DNA of 17,481 nt, from contig JANLPS010000231.1 of NCBI GenBank assembly GCA_031367385.1, positions 1 through 17,481 of the forward strand, given 5' to 3'. The DNA comes from Archangium sp. GTDB taxonomy: Bacteria > Myxococcota > Myxococcia > Myxococcales > Myxococcaceae. The first letter of the stretch is position 1. Each line of letters starts with the position of its first letter. Below are positions 15,766-17,481 of this stretch, piece after piece. The notes under the pieces were generated by a model that was not told the origin of the DNA, did no database searches, and saw only the letters and a list, made by a program, of their open reading frames with translations. The translations under genes were made by a program, and so were the position numbers.

Positions 15766-17480
15766 TGAGGTTGAAATTGCAGGTGCAGCGGTTGGTTGCG
15801 AGCGAAAATTTCAGAGACGCGGGGTTTCGCTTCACGGCCCCAATAGACTTCGGCCAGGCCTCCGCAGGGGCTGCGCACCGAGAGCTGCCGCGCGTTGTAG
15901 GGGATGACGAGCAGGTCACCGGTGCGGGCCTGAATCGGCCCTGGCAGCACGTCGGCCGCGCAGGCCGAGCTCATGAACAACCGCACGTACAGTCGGCCGT
16001 CTTCTCGGAGTGGAATCGGTGCCCAGTCTTGGGCCCGCGAGAAGGTGTCAGCGAGCGGAGTCTGGGTCACGGCGGTGGGTGGCGCGCTGGCAACGGGTTT
16101 GCTCACCGCGGCGGGGGCTTCAGCCCGGGCGAGGGCGGAGGGCTTGGCTCCGGCGTCAGGGGCGGCACCGGTGACCGCCGCTCTCAGCGCTGCGCCGGCA
16201 TCTCGCCGCGACAGGGCCGTCTCGAAGCACCGCGGAGGGAGCCCATTGCCGTCATCGCTGCGCTGCAACACGCCGACCTCGAACTCGCTGAGCGTGTCGA
16301 CCATCGCGCATTGCTTCTGAACCCGCACTTTCCACGAAGCGAAGGCGTCTTGGAGGCAGAACTCGCACTGCTCGTTTTTGACCTCGTCGGCCTCGAGCTG
16401 CGGGAGGTTGTCGTTGCGGGCGTAGCGCTGGGCGAGGCCGGTGGGGTTCGGGCGCTGGCAGCGGCAGTCGCGCAGCTCGCGTGAGGCGAGAAAGCCCAAG
16501 GTGTAATCGCGATCGAGCTCGAGGCGGCCGCGGGCCTGGCCGAGCGCGGCCCATCGGTCGGCGGGAGGCAGAGAAAGAATGCGTTCGCGTTCAGTCGATG
16601 GGCCTCCGACGGGCAGCACCGGCTTGGCGGGCTCGACGAGTGCGACGGTGACGCCTGCCGCGTCGCGCGGGGGCACATTCAGGTCAGGCGCGGGGGTTTG
16701 AACGAGCACCGTTCGGCTCTTGTCGGCGACCGCGCCGGGTTCACGCGTCGGCGAGACGACCGCTGCAGTCGAGGGCGTCTTGCTCTCGCCCGCGGCAGAC
16801 GCAGTCGTGCGGCCCTTGTCGGTGTTGGCCGCGGCCGCCGCGCCAACGTCGCCGCCGGGGGTGGTGACCGCTCCAGGCGAGGGCGTCTTGCCGTTCGCGG
16901 CCCCGCCAGTGTCACGCGCCGCTCCAAGCGCGACCGGCCTCCCCGCCGGAGCCTCGCCGGCCGGTGATGCCGCGGTGACAGCTCCAGGCGCGGGCGGTTT
17001 GCCGTCCGTGGCAACGCCAGTCTCACGCGCCGAAGACGCCGCGGCGACCGCTCCGGGCGCGGCCGGTCTGCCCTTGTCGGTGCTCGCCGACGGTACCGCT
17101 CCGCCCGCGGGCACGGGAGTGATGAGCACGTTACTCGCGTCACGCACCGGCGTTTGCACAACCACCGTTCTGCTCTTGTCAGGGTTCGGCACCGCGGCAG
17201 GTGCCGGTGCGTCGACCGCCATCGCCCGCTGCGTCGCGTCGACTTGCCCCGCGTGCGCGGCCTGCGAGCACTTGAGGCCTTCTGAAAAAAGCCACGTCTT
17301 GTAGTTCGCGTACTCGCTGAAGGCCTGCGAGGAAAGGCGCGCGAGGTCCATTCGGGCCTGGGCCTGCGCGAAGAGCTCGGGGCGGCTGTGGCCCGCGCAG
17401 TCGACGACGTCGCTTGGGCGATCGCTCAACCCGGTGCGCTTGGGCACATATTTCTTGTTCAGATAGGGCCGCTCGAGGTC
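15762..17480 (-). CDS. Large hypothetical protein with Ala/Pro/Thr-rich repeats and Cys-rich domains (5' end outside the window)
   Basis: The frame stays open to the right edge (DLERPYLNKKYVPKR...). Low-complexity repeat linker; CRC, CEFC and further Cys; C-terminal beta-rich domain; its stop overlaps the DUF2378 start. Confidence 0.8.
   Translation of the reverse strand, partial: DLERPYLNKKYVPKRTGLSDRPSDVVDCAGHSRPELFAQAQARMDLARLSSQAFSEYANYKTWLFSEGLKCSQAAHAGQVDATQRAMAVDAPAPAAVPNPDKSRTVVVQTPVRDASNVLITPVPAGGAVPSASTDKGRPAAPGAVAAASSARETGVATDGKPPAPGAVTAASPAGEAPAGRPVALGAARDTGGAANGKTPSPGAVTTPGGDVGAAAAANTDKGRTTASAAGESKTPSTAAVVSPTREPGAVADKSRTVLVQTPAPDLNVPPRDAAGVTVALVEPAKPVLPVGGPSTERERILSLPPADRWAALGQARGRLELDRDYTLGFLASRELRDCRCQRPNPTGLAQRYARNDNLPQLEADEVKNEQCEFCLQDAFASWKVRVQKQCAMVDTLSEFEVGVLQRSDDGNGLPPRCFETALSRRDAGAALRAAVTGAAPDAGAKPSALARAEAPAAVSKPVASAPPTAVTQTPLADTFSRAQDWAPIPLREDGRLYVRLFMSSACAADVLPGPIQARTGDLLVIPYNARQLSVRSPCGGLAEVYWGREAKPRVSEIFARNQPLHLQFQPQ
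16863..17032. repeat. Intragenic direct repeat (two 59-nt copies, 111 nt apart)
   Basis: 16863-16921 vs 16974-17032 are identical at 50/59 positions by manual alignment; they encode ARDTGGAANGKTPSPGAVT / ARETGVATDGKPPAPGAVT. Confidence 0.8.
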
Positions 17481-17481
17481 G

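Noticed and set aside
16184..16500. c-type cytochrome heme motif in the large protein (CEFC)
   Set aside because: It reads CEFCL, not CxxCH.

Overview
High-GC bacterial chromosomal segment that looks like Myxococcota (DUF2378-like gene, Cys-rich lipoproteins, DUF4388-like gene). All product names come from motif recognition, not database searches. Left to right: two overlapping Cys-rich lipoprotein genes; rpsO-pnp on the minus strand with a clean intrinsic terminator, a long pnp-leader hairpin and a structured rpsO leader; an accessory-looking block (3.6-8.2 kb) with a coupled YqcI/YcgG-family heme N-hydroxylase + DUF1989 pair, a heme-oxygenase C-terminal remnant, an S1 protease lipoprotein, a Bor-like lipoprotein, an SDR, a short REP-like tandem repeat and a DUF1304 gene; mazG; a plus-strand TPR membrane protein / DUF4388-MshEN-pseudopilin-like protein / PhoH cluster; and a minus-strand coupled run of a large repeat protein (truncated by the window edge), DUF2378, a MatB/ACSF3-like acyl-CoA synthetase and a small orphan. 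No rRNA, tRNA, CRISPR array, transposase or integrase was seen. The best candidates for an uncharacterised system are the YqcI/YcgG + DUF1989 guanidino-metabolism pair and the DUF4388/MshEN/GspG-like fusion with its TPR partner.
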